DNA of 64,000 nucleotides from the sequence record MT135025.1; one strand, given 5' to 3'. Made by a program: the position numbers and the translations under genes. Of the stretch, positions 44,578 to 54,809 are shown piece by piece. Under the pieces are notes generated by a model. It was not told the origin of the DNA, ran no database searches, and saw only the letters and a program-made list of their open reading frames with translations. Numbering within the stretch: the stretch's first letter is position 1; the number at the start of each line of letters is the position of its first letter.

Positions 44578-45216
44578 TTAAAATAATTTGTTGATTTGTT
44601 CATGTAGTTCTTCAAGAGAACCATTATTGTCTATTTGAATTGCGCCTTCAATAAAACCCAATTCAGTATCGCTAACGTGATTAGATGCAAGCGAACCTTC
44701 TCGGTTAACTTGAAGCATCGTGCCACCAAGCTCTTGTACCAATTCTAATTCGTTTTGAAAACGAACATCAGTGATTATAAACACCAAATCCGAGTTTTTA
44801 AACACTAGCTCATTGTATTTATTACGTGCGTAATTGATCCAATGTTGATCATCAAGCGAACGTGCAACGTCAGTGCCAGTCATTTGCAGTAAATCACGAA
44901 TGCTGAACAGTTTCGTGTGAGGGAGCAACGTGTAGTAGACATAATCATAATCAGCGTCTACATTCGCGTACTCACAACAAGTCAAAACAAGTTCAATTGC
45001 TTCGTCGAGGGTAAATGTCGGGACTTCTCTATCAAAATTGTTTTGCCCGTCGATGTCTGCATACTCATAGCCATATTCTTTCAATCCAATGTACAAACCC
45101 TCTTTAATCGGGTCTGCAAACTTGTAAATGTAAGCATTATCACTATGAATATCTTGAATGGCTTGAGCTACAGTATCTTTGCCTGAGCGTTTTTGTCCAT
45201 TTATTCCTATTATCAT
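44578..45216 (-). CDS. 1: Deoxynucleoside monophosphate kinase
   Basis: GQKRSGKDT, FADPIK, LLQMTGT, ITDVRFQNE. Confidence 0.92.
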   Translation of the reverse strand: MIIGINGQKRSGKDTVAQAIQDIHSDNAYIYKFADPIKEGLYIGLKEYGYEYADIDGQNNFDREVPTFTLDEAIELVLTCCEYANVDADYDYVYYTLLPHTKLFSIRDLLQMTGTDVARSLDDQHWINYARNKYNELVFKNSDLVFIITDVRFQNELELVQELGGTMLQVNREGSLASNHVSDTELGFIEGAIQIDNNGSLEELHEQINKLF

Positions 45217-45296
45217 AATGAGTTACCAGTCAATAGTGTGTTTCGTCTCTTGATTATACGACGAAAGTGCTATCTTCTAAACATGCACCAGCCATA

Positions 45297-45359
45297 CTAG
45301 TTTCTCTAATATTTCTAATATCCCTAACTTCACTAAAACTACTAATACTACTAAGATGA
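45297..45359. repeat. Seven CTA-started units with exact 9-bp period (iteron-like)
   Basis: CTA at 45297, 45306, 45315, 45324, 45333, 45342, 45351. Confidence 0.75.
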
Positions 45360-45448
45360 TGCCCAATTTTTGGGCCTCAAATCCAAACCTGCCGCTTCGC
45401 TCTAGATTTAGATACAAAAAAGCCCCGAAAGGGGCTTATTGCTTGTGT

Positions 45449-45982
45449 CTAACCCATATAGGGTGTGATGACTTCTTCTTTGCCATCGACTTTATGGATC
45501 ATTTCAAAGTATGAGTATTCAAACTCAACATCACACGTTACAGTTTCAACATCACCTGCTTCAGTGTAGTTCCATTCAATAGCACTTAGAGACTTTGGAA
45601 ACGCATTGACAAAGCGATACGTTGCAACAATCTTGTCTTTGTTATTGTCTAAAACATGAAGCAACATAGTAACTGGAACAATCCCGTCACTTGTACTAGC
45701 ACCAGTTGGGTTATTCATAGTGATTAACCACTTGTATAACTCAGCATAAGTACGCATTTCTTCATCGACCAGAAACTGAATCGACAGGTCATCGTAAGAT
45801 GTACCAGAACCTGCTACATGGTTGTTAGCTAGTTTGGCATATTTGGGACCTCGTGTAATACTTGCAATTTCCATATTAACACCCGGGATAGTGGCAGTTT
45901 GAATCTGCCACTGAAACGTTTGTGTTGCGTTGTTATCTGGGATGTCGATTCGGAAATTATTCTTCATCGTCAAGTTTTTCAT
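45449..45982 (-). CDS. 3: Tail completion / tube terminator
   Basis: NNFRIDIP, TIPG, FLVDEE, LHVLDNNK, EWNYTE match T4 gp3. Confidence 0.85.
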   Translation of the reverse strand: MKNLTMKNNFRIDIPDNNATQTFQWQIQTATIPGVNMEIASITRGPKYAKLANNHVAGSGTSYDDLSIQFLVDEEMRTYAELYKWLITMNNPTGASTSDGIVPVTMLLHVLDNNKDKIVATYRFVNAFPKSLSAIEWNYTEAGDVETVTCDVEFEYSYFEMIHKVDGKEEVITPYMG

Positions 45983-47952
45983 TAGTTCACGTTACCTCTT
46001 GTAGACGGAATCTTAGCTTCACCGCTTGTAGTCAATGGACGAGTGAAGTTGGTTGTATTTTGCACTGAGCTTACAGCGTTGTTGACGAAGTTCGTCCCAA
46101 CTTCTTTTGTTTGCTGTGCTGCTCTGTATGCTGCTTCACGCGCTGCTACAGCTTCTAAGATTACTGAACGCTTAATCTCTTGGAATGGCTTAATCAACCC
46201 TTCTTCAATCATACGTTGTCTCTCAGCAGCAACGATAGCGTCTTCTTGCATTTGCTTCTTCTCAACTTCAGCCGCTAGGAACTTGTCTAGGGATTCAGTT
46301 GAACTTGCTAATGACTCGACAGGTCGTTTGATTGCATCGGCAGCGTTCTTAGCACCGTCTATAACCGCTTGTGCTGTATTCTTAGCACCGTCTACGATCA
46401 TATCCCCTGCTTTCCCTAGATAGTCAGTTTGATAGCGTGCATTGAGTCTGTCCTTGACTTCAGCCTTGCTTGCGTCAATACGCGCTCGGTTGCCTTCGAT
46501 GTCTGCGCCAGCAATGAACTTCTCCATGCCTTCTGACTTCAGAAAATCAGGTAGTGCATTTAATGCATTCACGACGAACTCTTTAACGTTTAACATTAGG
46601 TCATCTATTGCTAACATAAGAAGTCTGAATGAGTCAGGAATTGATAGCCAACTTGCAATGATCTTATTAACCGCATTGACATACATTTGAAACGCACTTC
46701 TAACGAAAGAAGTTACTTTCTCGAAGCCAGATACGATTCCCTCAACTGCGCCTTCTGGTACAGCGTCTTTGATGTTTTCACCAACGATTCCGAACCATTC
46801 ACCAATCCCTCGAACCATATCCGTGAACCAGTTCGAGATTATACTGAATAGCATTGCTCGTTTTTCGGGGTCGCTAAAAATGTTCTTCAGCGCGCCGAAG
46901 ATTCTGTCTAGCTCTTCTTCGAAGATTTTGTAAATACCATAACCTGCAACCATTGCAACTAGAGCCGCTGGGTTTAGCATTATCGCAACCATTCTACCTA
47001 GACCTAAGAATAATTGACGAACAACAGTCCACATCCATCCTTTTATGGTGCCGCTCATATCAGTAGCAAGAGCTTGAACTATATTACCTGTTCCTTTACT
47101 AAACTTACCGAACCCTAGAAGAATGTTAGATGCGATTTTACCGAGCGTTCCGAATTTTGTTGCAGTCGAAGCAGCCATTGCCATTGATGTACTGAATGTC
47201 ACCAATTGACCGCCTAACATTACTAACCCAACACCGACAAGTCTGAATAATTTAGCAATCCAGCCTAGTTTTTCACCAGCAAGGTGATTCGCGATACGTC
47301 GCAGATCACTAGCTTGATTGCGCTGAACTTTCATATTCTCTTTGTAGCGTAGTTGTTCAGTCTTACGATTGCGAGTTTCGGTAACGACTTGATACGCGAA
47401 AATTTTCTTGTACAATGCGCTTATAAAGCCCACAGTCAACGGGGCGTTGTTACCCGCACCGTTCTGTAGAAAACTGTTTAAATCGTCGGCAGCCGTCTTC
47501 TGAAGCCCTATAACGCGCTTCATGTCGTTGACTCTAAAGATCAGACGTTCAAACCAACGATTAAAGCCCTCCTGCATACGTGCGAACTGCATTTTTGCAG
47601 TTAAGCGCATTTCTTGAATGCCACGATCAATACGAGACAAATGTCCTTTAAAGTCAAGAGTAGTCTTGATAATATCCGTTAGTGATATAATCGAAGCACG
47701 AACTTTATTGGAAGTTTGCTCAAAGTTTTCGATAACGCGCTGAAACAGATTCTTTTGCTGCGCCACCGCCTTTTCGTTTGTTTTAAACACCGACTGCATA
47801 GTTTCGAGCATAGACGTGGTCGTAATATCAATGTTGTTGATATGACGAGCGACGCGCTGCATCGTATAAACTTCAGGTCGGTCTTCTTGTTGGAGAATGA
47901 TATGATCTAATCTTCCGATTATCTCATTCATTTTCTTGTCGTCAGCCGCCAT
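45982..47952 (-). CDS. Tape-measure/baseplate hub protein (gp29-like)
   Basis: Long amphipathic helical protein with hydrophobic segments inside the baseplate block. Confidence 0.6.
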   Translation of the reverse strand: MAADDKKMNEIIGRLDHIILQQEDRPEVYTMQRVARHINNIDITTTSMLETMQSVFKTNEKAVAQQKNLFQRVIENFEQTSNKVRASIISLTDIIKTTLDFKGHLSRIDRGIQEMRLTAKMQFARMQEGFNRWFERLIFRVNDMKRVIGLQKTAADDLNSFLQNGAGNNAPLTVGFISALYKKIFAYQVVTETRNRKTEQLRYKENMKVQRNQASDLRRIANHLAGEKLGWIAKLFRLVGVGLVMLGGQLVTFSTSMAMAASTATKFGTLGKIASNILLGFGKFSKGTGNIVQALATDMSGTIKGWMWTVVRQLFLGLGRMVAIMLNPAALVAMVAGYGIYKIFEEELDRIFGALKNIFSDPEKRAMLFSIISNWFTDMVRGIGEWFGIVGENIKDAVPEGAVEGIVSGFEKVTSFVRSAFQMYVNAVNKIIASWLSIPDSFRLLMLAIDDLMLNVKEFVVNALNALPDFLKSEGMEKFIAGADIEGNRARIDASKAEVKDRLNARYQTDYLGKAGDMIVDGAKNTAQAVIDGAKNAADAIKRPVESLASSTESLDKFLAAEVEKKQMQEDAIVAAERQRMIEEGLIKPFQEIKRSVILEAVAAREAAYRAAQQTKEVGTNFVNNAVSSVQNTTNFTRPLTTSGEAKIPSTRGNVN

Positions 47953-48119
47953 TATTGTTGTTCCTTATTCTTTTCTTGAATGTAATGTATAAGCTGTGCG
48001 GCATAGATTTCACGCTCGAATAGAACCATCGTTTCTAAGTCGTGAAGAGAAAAATTGCCATGAGTGATCATGGCAAAGTTTTCCTTGTAATACTCTTCGA
48101 GTGAGTATCTACCGAGCAT
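47952..48119 (-). CDS. 51: Baseplate hub assembly protein (gp51-like, 55 aa; missed by ORF track)
   Basis: YYKENFAMITH..SL..LETMVLFEREIY; coupled at both ends. Confidence 0.75.
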   Translation of the reverse strand: MLGRYSLEEYYKENFAMITHGNFSLHDLETMVLFEREIYAAQLIHYIQEKNKEQQ

Positions 48120-48967
48120 TATACGAAAAAATCTTCGATGCCTCTTAGCGTAACTTTCTCGTGATTACCACACTTAGGACATTTAACGTCAACGTATGTC
48201 GTAATTCGTGGAACTGAATCGACGAATGTCTGAACTTTTTTGAATGCTGCCGTATCAAGTTCGCCCATGATGTTCACAAGCTGACCTTGCTCTTCAAGTT
48301 CTTCTTTGGTGTAAACAGTATCACCAACATGAACTTCTTTAATTGATTCAACCGCAATATTGAACAGACCTTGTGGTGTATTCGGGTCGTTGTTCTCATA
48401 CACTCGAATTGTCGGGTGTTGGAGTTTGATAACAACTTTTGGGTTGACTCGAACTGTATCTTCACCTGTAAATTCAGGCACGAATGCAGCTTTCAAGTCG
48501 ATATTGGTTCTGATACGTTCACCGCATAAGTGCTTCTCAGGTGCAAACACTGCTTCAATCGCTTCTTCGTTTGATTGATTCATAATCTCGGCAAAAATAT
48601 CATCAGCCGATTTAGCCAGTTCAGCCTCTTCTTCTTCAGAAAGCTTTTGAAGTTCTTCTTCTGACTTCGGAGCACAGCAGTTGTATTCTGCTTGAATGTT
48701 AGTCACACCGTTACTGTTCATATACATATGCAGAAACAGATACTCAGAGTCACCAACCGTTAGGTCATCCATTTTGATGTCAGATACAATGCAGTTTTCA
48801 AGACACTGTTCGATTGCGTCAATCTTCTCATCAGATTCATTTGCGATAAGCAATGCTTTATGCTCTTTTGCAAGCATTGCACGCAGTTTAATTTCTTCAC
48901 CAGTTGATGGTAGTTTTACAGTATATTGTGGCGCAGCAAGTACGCTAATATCAAATGCTTTAGTCAT
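48119..48967 (-). CDS. 26: Baseplate hub subunit
   Basis: Y..KLPSTG..I..R; C-terminal KCPKCG...LRGIEDFF. Confidence 0.85.
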   Translation of the reverse strand: MTKAFDISVLAAPQYTVKLPSTGEEIKLRAMLAKEHKALLIANESDEKIDAIEQCLENCIVSDIKMDDLTVGDSEYLFLHMYMNSNGVTNIQAEYNCCAPKSEEELQKLSEEEEAELAKSADDIFAEIMNQSNEEAIEAVFAPEKHLCGERIRTNIDLKAAFVPEFTGEDTVRVNPKVVIKLQHPTIRVYENNDPNTPQGLFNIAVESIKEVHVGDTVYTKEELEEQGQLVNIMGELDTAAFKKVQTFVDSVPRITTYVDVKCPKCGNHEKVTLRGIEDFFV

Positions 48968-48978
48968 GATGTTTTACC

Positions 48979-49725
48979 TTAGAATAGACCTGAAATGGCT
49001 TCAGCGCCTGTATTGAAAAAGCTGTTATATGTTTTCTCGAAGTTTTGAGTAATACCCAGTTTATCCGAGATTGTGCTTGATAGATCTTCAGTCATGTATG
49101 TTGCGCTTTCGTAAACAAACTCGACTTCGAATTCAGCCACTGCGTTGTTATTCTCGTATCCTAACTGAACCCCACCTACTCGAATCGGATACGCATTCTT
49201 CAAGCTAGTCATCGTAACCATTTCTGCGTTACGATTGTATGTGTAAATCTCAATTGTTCGAGCATAGTTCGAGAAGAATCCGACTTGAGCAGAATCATTT
49301 GAATAAATCTGCTTAAACCAACCAAGTAACATTTTACGTTCTGGGTGTGTTGGTGACAGATACAATGACATGGTCACTGTTTCGTCGGTTTTCGCTTTTA
49401 CTACGTGATGTGGCTTACGTCGAGTTTTATCTACGTCAGTTTCGTATGACGACCCTGGGATATTAACTGATTTCACCATCATTCCGATGTTTCGTTCGAA
49501 CTCAAACCCTGAGCCGAAAAGAGAAGCAGTTGACGCAAGGGCATCTTGTACCCCTACGCCTTTGATGTCTGAAAAGTCAGCATTCAAAAATGACTCACCT
49601 GTATTCATCAACTGCTTTGCTGTATCTTGTAGCGATGCAAATCGCACCGCATACAAGTTTTGTCTGGCTAAGTCGTTCTTTGTAATTTGAGATAAGAACT
49701 TCTTAACATCTATTCCGATTGCCAT
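48979..49725 (-). CDS. 54: Baseplate tail-tube initiator (tube fold)
   Basis: DLARQNLY, VNIPG, AYPIRVG, FEVEFVY. Confidence 0.75.
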   Translation of the reverse strand: MAIGIDVKKFLSQITKNDLARQNLYAVRFASLQDTAKQLMNTGESFLNADFSDIKGVGVQDALASTASLFGSGFEFERNIGMMVKSVNIPGSSYETDVDKTRRKPHHVVKAKTDETVTMSLYLSPTHPERKMLLGWFKQIYSNDSAQVGFFSNYARTIEIYTYNRNAEMVTMTSLKNAYPIRVGGVQLGYENNNAVAEFEVEFVYESATYMTEDLSSTISDKLGITQNFEKTYNSFFNTGAEAISGLF

Positions 49726-49728
49726 TCG

Positions 49729-50325
49729 TTATCTCCTTCTATAACGATCATCGTAAGCACGAACAGCAGAAATGTTGCGACCATTTTTAGCAACGAATTG
49801 TTGCAATGGCATGTGAATAACGTTGTACCAGTCATGTGGCTTGACTTCTTCAAGCGACCCTTTAATTCGCTTGAGAATGTATAATTTCACCATATGTTTA
49901 CTGAACTTTATGTTTTTCACTCGACCCCAATCGATCATTAATCGTGTGGAGTTGCTCACTGTTTTCGTGTTAGCATATCTAAGTAATGTGGTTAAAAATT
50001 TCTCGCGATCTTTGGGTGGGATGTAATGCAAGTTCAAGCCTAGCATATAGCCTTTTTGTTGCCCCAAGCAGATGATGCACGGAAATTTATCCCAGTAGGG
50101 TAACTGGTGTTTAGTTTTTGCGTCGTACGCGAAAACATACATGTTGCCTTTGTGAGGAACTTGCACTTTTCGACTACGAATTGCATCATGAACGCGCTTT
50201 TTGAACCACGCCAGTGATTTACGCTGATTCTTTGCAATTGGAGTACGACCAAGCTCGTGCGTTTGAGCTTTGAAGCTGTCAAGAAGACTCTCTTTTTTCT
50301 TCTTTGCTCTTTCTGGTCTAGCCAT
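49729..50325 (-). CDS. 2: DNA end protector protein
   Basis: YDAKTK..LPYWDKFP, GLNLHYIP. Confidence 0.92.
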   Translation of the reverse strand: MARPERAKKKKESLLDSFKAQTHELGRTPIAKNQRKSLAWFKKRVHDAIRSRKVQVPHKGNMYVFAYDAKTKHQLPYWDKFPCIICLGQQKGYMLGLNLHYIPPKDREKFLTTLLRYANTKTVSNSTRLMIDWGRVKNIKFSKHMVKLYILKRIKGSLEEVKPHDWYNVIHMPLQQFVAKNGRNISAVRAYDDRYRRR

Positions 50326-50780
50326 TACACTCTCAGTCCTATTAGTTTACGAAGTCCGACTTCAGTCAAGACTTTGAATTGCCATCCTTTCTGCTTTGCG
50401 AATTTAATCGCAGCAGCCCACTTGTCTTGGTTTACTTGATACGTATATATCTCTTTCAGTAAACGCTTCTTAGCTTTTTCAGTAAGTCTCTGTGGTTTCT
50501 CGGGTGGCAATGTTTCTTTGTTGGGTTTGATCTCGAATATGAATTCTCGACCGTCACTGAACTTCACGTAAAAGTCCATGAAATATCTACGTTTTTTACC
50601 GCCGTCAGCCGAGCTAACATACGGGATAACGATTTCTTCAGAGTTCCAGCGAACTACATGCGGGTTATTGTCACACCAGCGCATGAAAGACAATTCCCAT
50701 GAGCTTCTGTACTCAATTTTCTGATAGTTGCCTTTGTATTTCGATTTGTTTGTTGGAACGTATTTGCCAGAATATGCCAT
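50325..50780 (-). CDS. 4: Head completion nuclease
   Basis: MAYSGKY.P.N..KY.G, YRSSWE, WNSEE, RYFMDF, EIKP. Confidence 0.93.
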   Translation of the reverse strand: MAYSGKYVPTNKSKYKGNYQKIEYRSSWELSFMRWCDNNPHVVRWNSEEIVIPYVSSADGGKKRRYFMDFYVKFSDGREFIFEIKPNKETLPPEKPQRLTEKAKKRLLKEIYTYQVNQDKWAAAIKFAKQKGWQFKVLTEVGLRKLIGLRV

Positions 50781-50846
50781 AAAACGCCTCCTTTCATTTA
50801 TTTAGTATCGAGTCTAAATACAGATATATTTTAAAGGAGATCTAAC

Positions 50847-51986
50847 ATGGGATTTTTAAGTTACGTCGGTCTTAACGGAAAACAAAGTGATACTCTTGAT
50901 CGTGTACTGTCTTTTGATGGGGGCGTTGAAAGTAGCACAACTGAGATTACCCAAGACACAGATCAGGGCAGAGTTAGCACGTCTAATATAGTTGCACTGA
51001 CATATCCGCCCAATCTTGGCGCGAGATCTGGACACTCGAACTTTTTTATTTTTCGAGCGTATGACTTGGCTAGCACAACAAAGCAACATTACACTGACAT
51101 GCGGCAGTCATTCACAGCATCATCGAAAGAATCTAAGCAGGCGTCTGAAATTCCTAGTGAGTTGATGGCAACTATGGCTCTTTACGCGCCAAACTTAGTT
51201 GAAGAAGTTTCGCATGAATATGACAAAACACCGACTTCAGTTTTAAATGACTTCTTAGCCGCAGCCGCTACAGCAGCCGGTGCAGATACTGTTTCTCAGG
51301 GTGTAGAAGCGGGTAAGAAAGCCGTAGCAACCGCAGCCGGTGCTACGTTAGCACAGATCAAGCGTTCATTCATTCAATCAAATGCTGCCGGTCAGCTTGA
51401 GAAGAACAGCAGCGTAGTTACGGATAACGTTACTGTAACTGCATACAAAGGGACCGCTCAACGTCAGCAAACATTGATGTATCAATTTCACCCGAAATCA
51501 CTAGATGAACTGAAGATCGTCGGTGAGGTCATTAAAACATTCTATCGACTTTCTCTACCAGTGAAAGGTCAGATTAGTTCTGATTTGCTGGATACTGGTA
51601 ATGCTGCATTAGGTTCAGGGTTTTCAAATGGCTTTGCGAAGTATGCAACGCTATTGAAAACGCCGCCAGTGTGGATGATTGAAGAAGTTTCAGATGTTGA
51701 CGCGACACGATACACCCCGCGATTCGTTTTCGGACCTGCGGGTATCACGTCAGTGAAATTAAACAGAACACCAGATCAGTATTGGCGCACATTTCGCGGT
51801 ACAGCAGGCGACCCAGCAGGTATTGAACTTGAAGTAACGTTCACTGAGCTTATCCCTATGGATCGTGCAATGTACGAGCGAGATCAAGCAAGTAGCATTC
51901 GTGGTTACGACAATGGTACCACTACTGCAAGTGGTAACCGTAATGATTCTGGTTCATTCTTTGGTGATATTGGGAGTTTATTCTAA
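50847..51986 (+). CDS. 48: Baseplate tail-tube cap
   Basis: Y.G...R...F.F.PKS, PAGITSV, IELEVTFTE. Confidence 0.8.
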   Translation: MGFLSYVGLNGKQSDTLDRVLSFDGGVESSTTEITQDTDQGRVSTSNIVALTYPPNLGARSGHSNFFIFRAYDLASTTKQHYTDMRQSFTASSKESKQASEIPSELMATMALYAPNLVEEVSHEYDKTPTSVLNDFLAAAATAAGADTVSQGVEAGKKAVATAAGATLAQIKRSFIQSNAAGQLEKNSSVVTDNVTVTAYKGTAQRQQTLMYQFHPKSLDELKIVGEVIKTFYRLSLPVKGQISSDLLDTGNAALGSGFSNGFAKYATLLKTPPVWMIEEVSDVDATRYTPRFVFGPAGITSVKLNRTPDQYWRTFRGTAGDPAGIELEVTFTELIPMDRAMYERDQASSIRGYDNGTTTASGNRNDSGSFFGDIGSLF

Positions 51987-52564
51987 TGATTTTCGCGATA
52001 TTTGACAAGACTGAATATCTTGGTGTTGAGACTGCGAATATTTTCAAGAATTTGAATTATTATCATAAGCAGATCATCCCATCATTCACGACTATTCAGT
52101 ACAAAATCAGGGGCGACTATCGCCCTGAACAGATTGCATATGAACTGTATGGCGATACGTCGTTATACTGGTTGATTATGCTTCTAAACGAACGAGTTGA
52201 CCCTTTTTATGATTGGGTTCAGCCCAACGAATCGGTTTCTGAGAACGCTATTTATCGTTATCAGTTTATTGGCGGCAACGAGCAAGTTCATCATCACGTA
52301 GATGAGCAAGGTCGATGGTGGTATGACGTGGTCGAAGACCCAGAAAATCCTCGAAATTGGTACAATAAATTCGATTGGGAAAACAACGCGCCTGAAGAAG
52401 GGCAGGAAGATTATCGTGAGCTTCTATATCACGGCGTGATGATCCCTGTTTCCGTTGACGAATATGAATTCAACCGAAACGAAGAAAATCGCGTAATCAA
52501 TGTACTATCGAGGGATGATGTTAGTACTTACATTAGCACATTCATGAAATTAGCAGGGGTATAA
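51986..52564 (+). CDS. 53: Baseplate wedge subunit
   Basis: LysM-like RPEQIAYELYGD..LYWLIMLLN..DPFYDW. Confidence 0.9.
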   Translation: MIFAIFDKTEYLGVETANIFKNLNYYHKQIIPSFTTIQYKIRGDYRPEQIAYELYGDTSLYWLIMLLNERVDPFYDWVQPNESVSENAIYRYQFIGGNEQVHHHVDEQGRWWYDVVEDPENPRNWYNKFDWENNAPEEGQEDYRELLYHGVMIPVSVDEYEFNRNEENRVINVLSRDDVSTYISTFMKLAGV

Positions 52565-52565
52565 C

Positions 52566-52586
52566 ATGTTTGAAATGCAAATTTAA
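52566..52586 (+). pseudogene. Truncated start of the next structural gene (MFEMQI*) at a sequence discontinuity
   Basis: GGGGT RBS + ATG, immediate stop, then an abrupt AT-rich non-coding block. Confidence 0.5.
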
Positions 52587-52800
52587 ATCTAAATAAATAA
52601 AATATATATATATAATAATAATGTCTTTTAATTTAACTACTATATATATAAGCTTTATTATGAATAATTCCTATGGTTTAGCAAGATATTAGTTTTAACG
52701 GACTAAATGCTAGTTGTGTGCAAAAAACTTGCGCAATTGCGCAAAAAACGACATGACTTTGGGTAACAACTAGTAATAGCAACAATAAGTAACCTTAATT
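52587..52800. other. AT-rich origin-like block X with TGYGCA motifs
   Basis: (TA)n runs, then AGTTGTGTGCAA and TTGCGCAATTGCGCAA. Confidence 0.45.
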
Positions 52801-52855
52801 TCGGACTCATTTTGACAAGTTGTCCGAGATCCAGTACAAAACGGAGTATTGAACT

Positions 52856-53350
52856 ATGCAAGTAGCTATGATTGATTTACATGAGTGTATGCCGGGGGCG
52901 AACCGATATCCGAAAATTCTCCCTGAAACGCCCATCGCCGAAACGCCCTACGCACAAGGTGAAACGCCCTGCAACACTTTGGTGGACTATGAGGTCTATC
53001 CTGAGATGACTTTTCACTTCTACGATGTTAGTTATGAAGAGTTAATGCACAAGGTTGAGCCTTTCGATTACGATCTAATTGAGCGCGAGGATGCTTACGG
53101 TGCAGAAGTTAAGCTTTATGTCCAACCGGAACTTAAAAAGCTTATTGAATGGGAAGTTGATAGGCATACTAATCAATTGGAGTTGCGTTTGTTACAGGAA
53201 CATTCTGCTTACAACTCAAAGTGTGTTGAGCTTGCTAAGTACAAGCAAACAGTTAATCAAATGAAATATTGGTTGTTAGGTCTTAGCGCAGTAGCATCGA
53301 CGTTGGCGATCGCGACGACCACTGTGGTCACAATGCTGCTCTCAAAATAA
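52856..53350 (+). CDS. Hypothetical protein with C-terminal TM
   Basis: GGAG RBS. Confidence 0.75.
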   Translation: MQVAMIDLHECMPGANRYPKILPETPIAETPYAQGETPCNTLVDYEVYPEMTFHFYDVSYEELMHKVEPFDYDLIEREDAYGAEVKLYVQPELKKLIEWEVDRHTNQLELRLLQEHSAYNSKCVELAKYKQTVNQMKYWLLGLSAVASTLAIATTTVVTMLLSK

Positions 53351-53796
53351 AACTGGCGATTAAAAAAACTGGCGGTTCGCTCTAGCCTAGCGAAATTGGC
53401 GATCCGCCAGCATTACCTTTCTTTAGCTGTTTAGATTTATATTTCTTTAGAAGTGTGATGTGCAGCGATATCCCGACCGTTACCCGAAAAGCTGCACATT
53501 GCGAACAGCTTGGCTCGCAAGCTTCCGAGTCGCTGTATGCGCGTGTGCGCGGCGTTGTGCTGCGATCAATACCATTGCATTGGCTAGGGGGTTAAAACGG
53601 CTGTGTGTGCCGTTTAACGTGCTTCATTTGGGTAGCTTTTATATTATATGTATGCGCACGTTGCACAACTAGGCTAACTTTGCAAGCTTTGCCGACAACT
53701 ATTTTACCTTTTTAGTTCACTAATTCATGATAATGTGCAGTAGCGCACACTTTTAAACGGATTGTGACTTTTTTGCTATTTTATTTAAAAATTCGC

Positions 53797-53826
53797 TTTA
53801 CACGTGAGTGAATATTTCGCATTATG
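53797..53826 (+). promoter_or_regulatory. Strong sigma70-type early promoter
   Basis: TTTACA ... TATTAT with A-rich UP region. Confidence 0.65.
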
Positions 53827-53886
53827 TACACACAGCAACGGGGTACAGCAATAAAGCAAAACCCCACTATATAAAAGGTAAATATT

Positions 53887-54156
53887 ATGTCTAAGCTAAC
53901 AACTACTTCAGCAGTAAAAGCACTTCGCGCAGCAGCTAAAGCAGCAGGGGTACAAATTGGTCGCATCGCTATCAACGACCGCGACGCAAGTGGGTTAATC
54001 GACAACAGCACCAAAGTGTGGTCAGGTCGCATTCAGCTGCACTGGTGCAAGGGTAGCGCGGAACTAATGCAGCGTCATTTAGAAAACACTAATTTAGTGT
54101 TAGTAGCTCGACCATGCGCCGACAGCCACTTCTCGGTAAGCGTTAACCTAGCGTAA
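53887..54156 (+). CDS. Hypothetical early protein
   Basis: ORF after promoter. Confidence 0.75.
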   Translation: MSKLTTTSAVKALRAAAKAAGVQIGRIAINDRDASGLIDNSTKVWSGRIQLHWCKGSAELMQRHLENTNLVLVARPCADSHFSVSVNLA

Positions 54157-54234
54157 TAGGGTTGTTATACAGTGCATCGCGTGCGGTGCACTAATAACCA
54201 TCTTATTACTAACTACCTAAAGGGGTATAGCACT

Positions 54235-54693
54235 ATGTCAACTATCAAAACTTACGCAAACAAATCTGGTCTAATCAAAGCTCTTCGTCGTGCGGGTGTT
54301 GCAGACGCTGACCACATGCCGCAGCAAAACGACGAGGGTCGTTGGTTCCAAGGAACTCCGAAGGTTGTCATTCCTAACGTTGTTAACTCGGTTGCTGCGC
54401 TTGCGGGTGTTGCATTACCTTGCGAAGCACCTAAAACGGTGAAACTATTTGGTCGCGGTATCAAAATTGAGAAAAACCGTGAAGAGCGAAATGGCATCAA
54501 ACGACCTAGCATTGGTGGCGCGTGTCGCGCTGTGTGGGACGAATGTGACCGCATCCATGCTGAAACGGGTTTAGTACCAATGCCGAAGCAGCTTAAAGCG
54601 TGGGCGCGTGAAGTGGGTGCTAACGAAAACAACGCAGTCATCGAGCTGTACGTATGGCGCAAGTTCATGGGGTTCACTAAGTCAAAAGCTTAA
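54235..54693 (+). CDS. Conserved phage early protein
   Basis: KIEKNREERNGIKRPSIGGACRAVWDECD motif, which I recall from siphoviruses. Confidence 0.75.
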   Translation: MSTIKTYANKSGLIKALRRAGVADADHMPQQNDEGRWFQGTPKVVIPNVVNSVAALAGVALPCEAPKTVKLFGRGIKIEKNREERNGIKRPSIGGACRAVWDECDRIHAETGLVPMPKQLKAWAREVGANENNAVIELYVWRKFMGFTKSKA

Positions 54694-54809
54694 TGTGCCG
54701 CGTTTTGAAGTGGTTAGTGCTAATCGCTGTACTAGCCACTATAATCCCCGTAGCAGCTTATTTATTCTTAATCCTATTAACAATGGTTCGCAAACCGGAG
54801 TAGCTTATT

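Noticed and set aside
53830-53875. GGGG-TA-CAGCAA...CCCC in the leader of an early gene of part 2
   Set aside because: It matches the motif loosely, but the helix is only 4 bp and it lies in the apparently unrelated segment; CAGCAA is a common hexamer.
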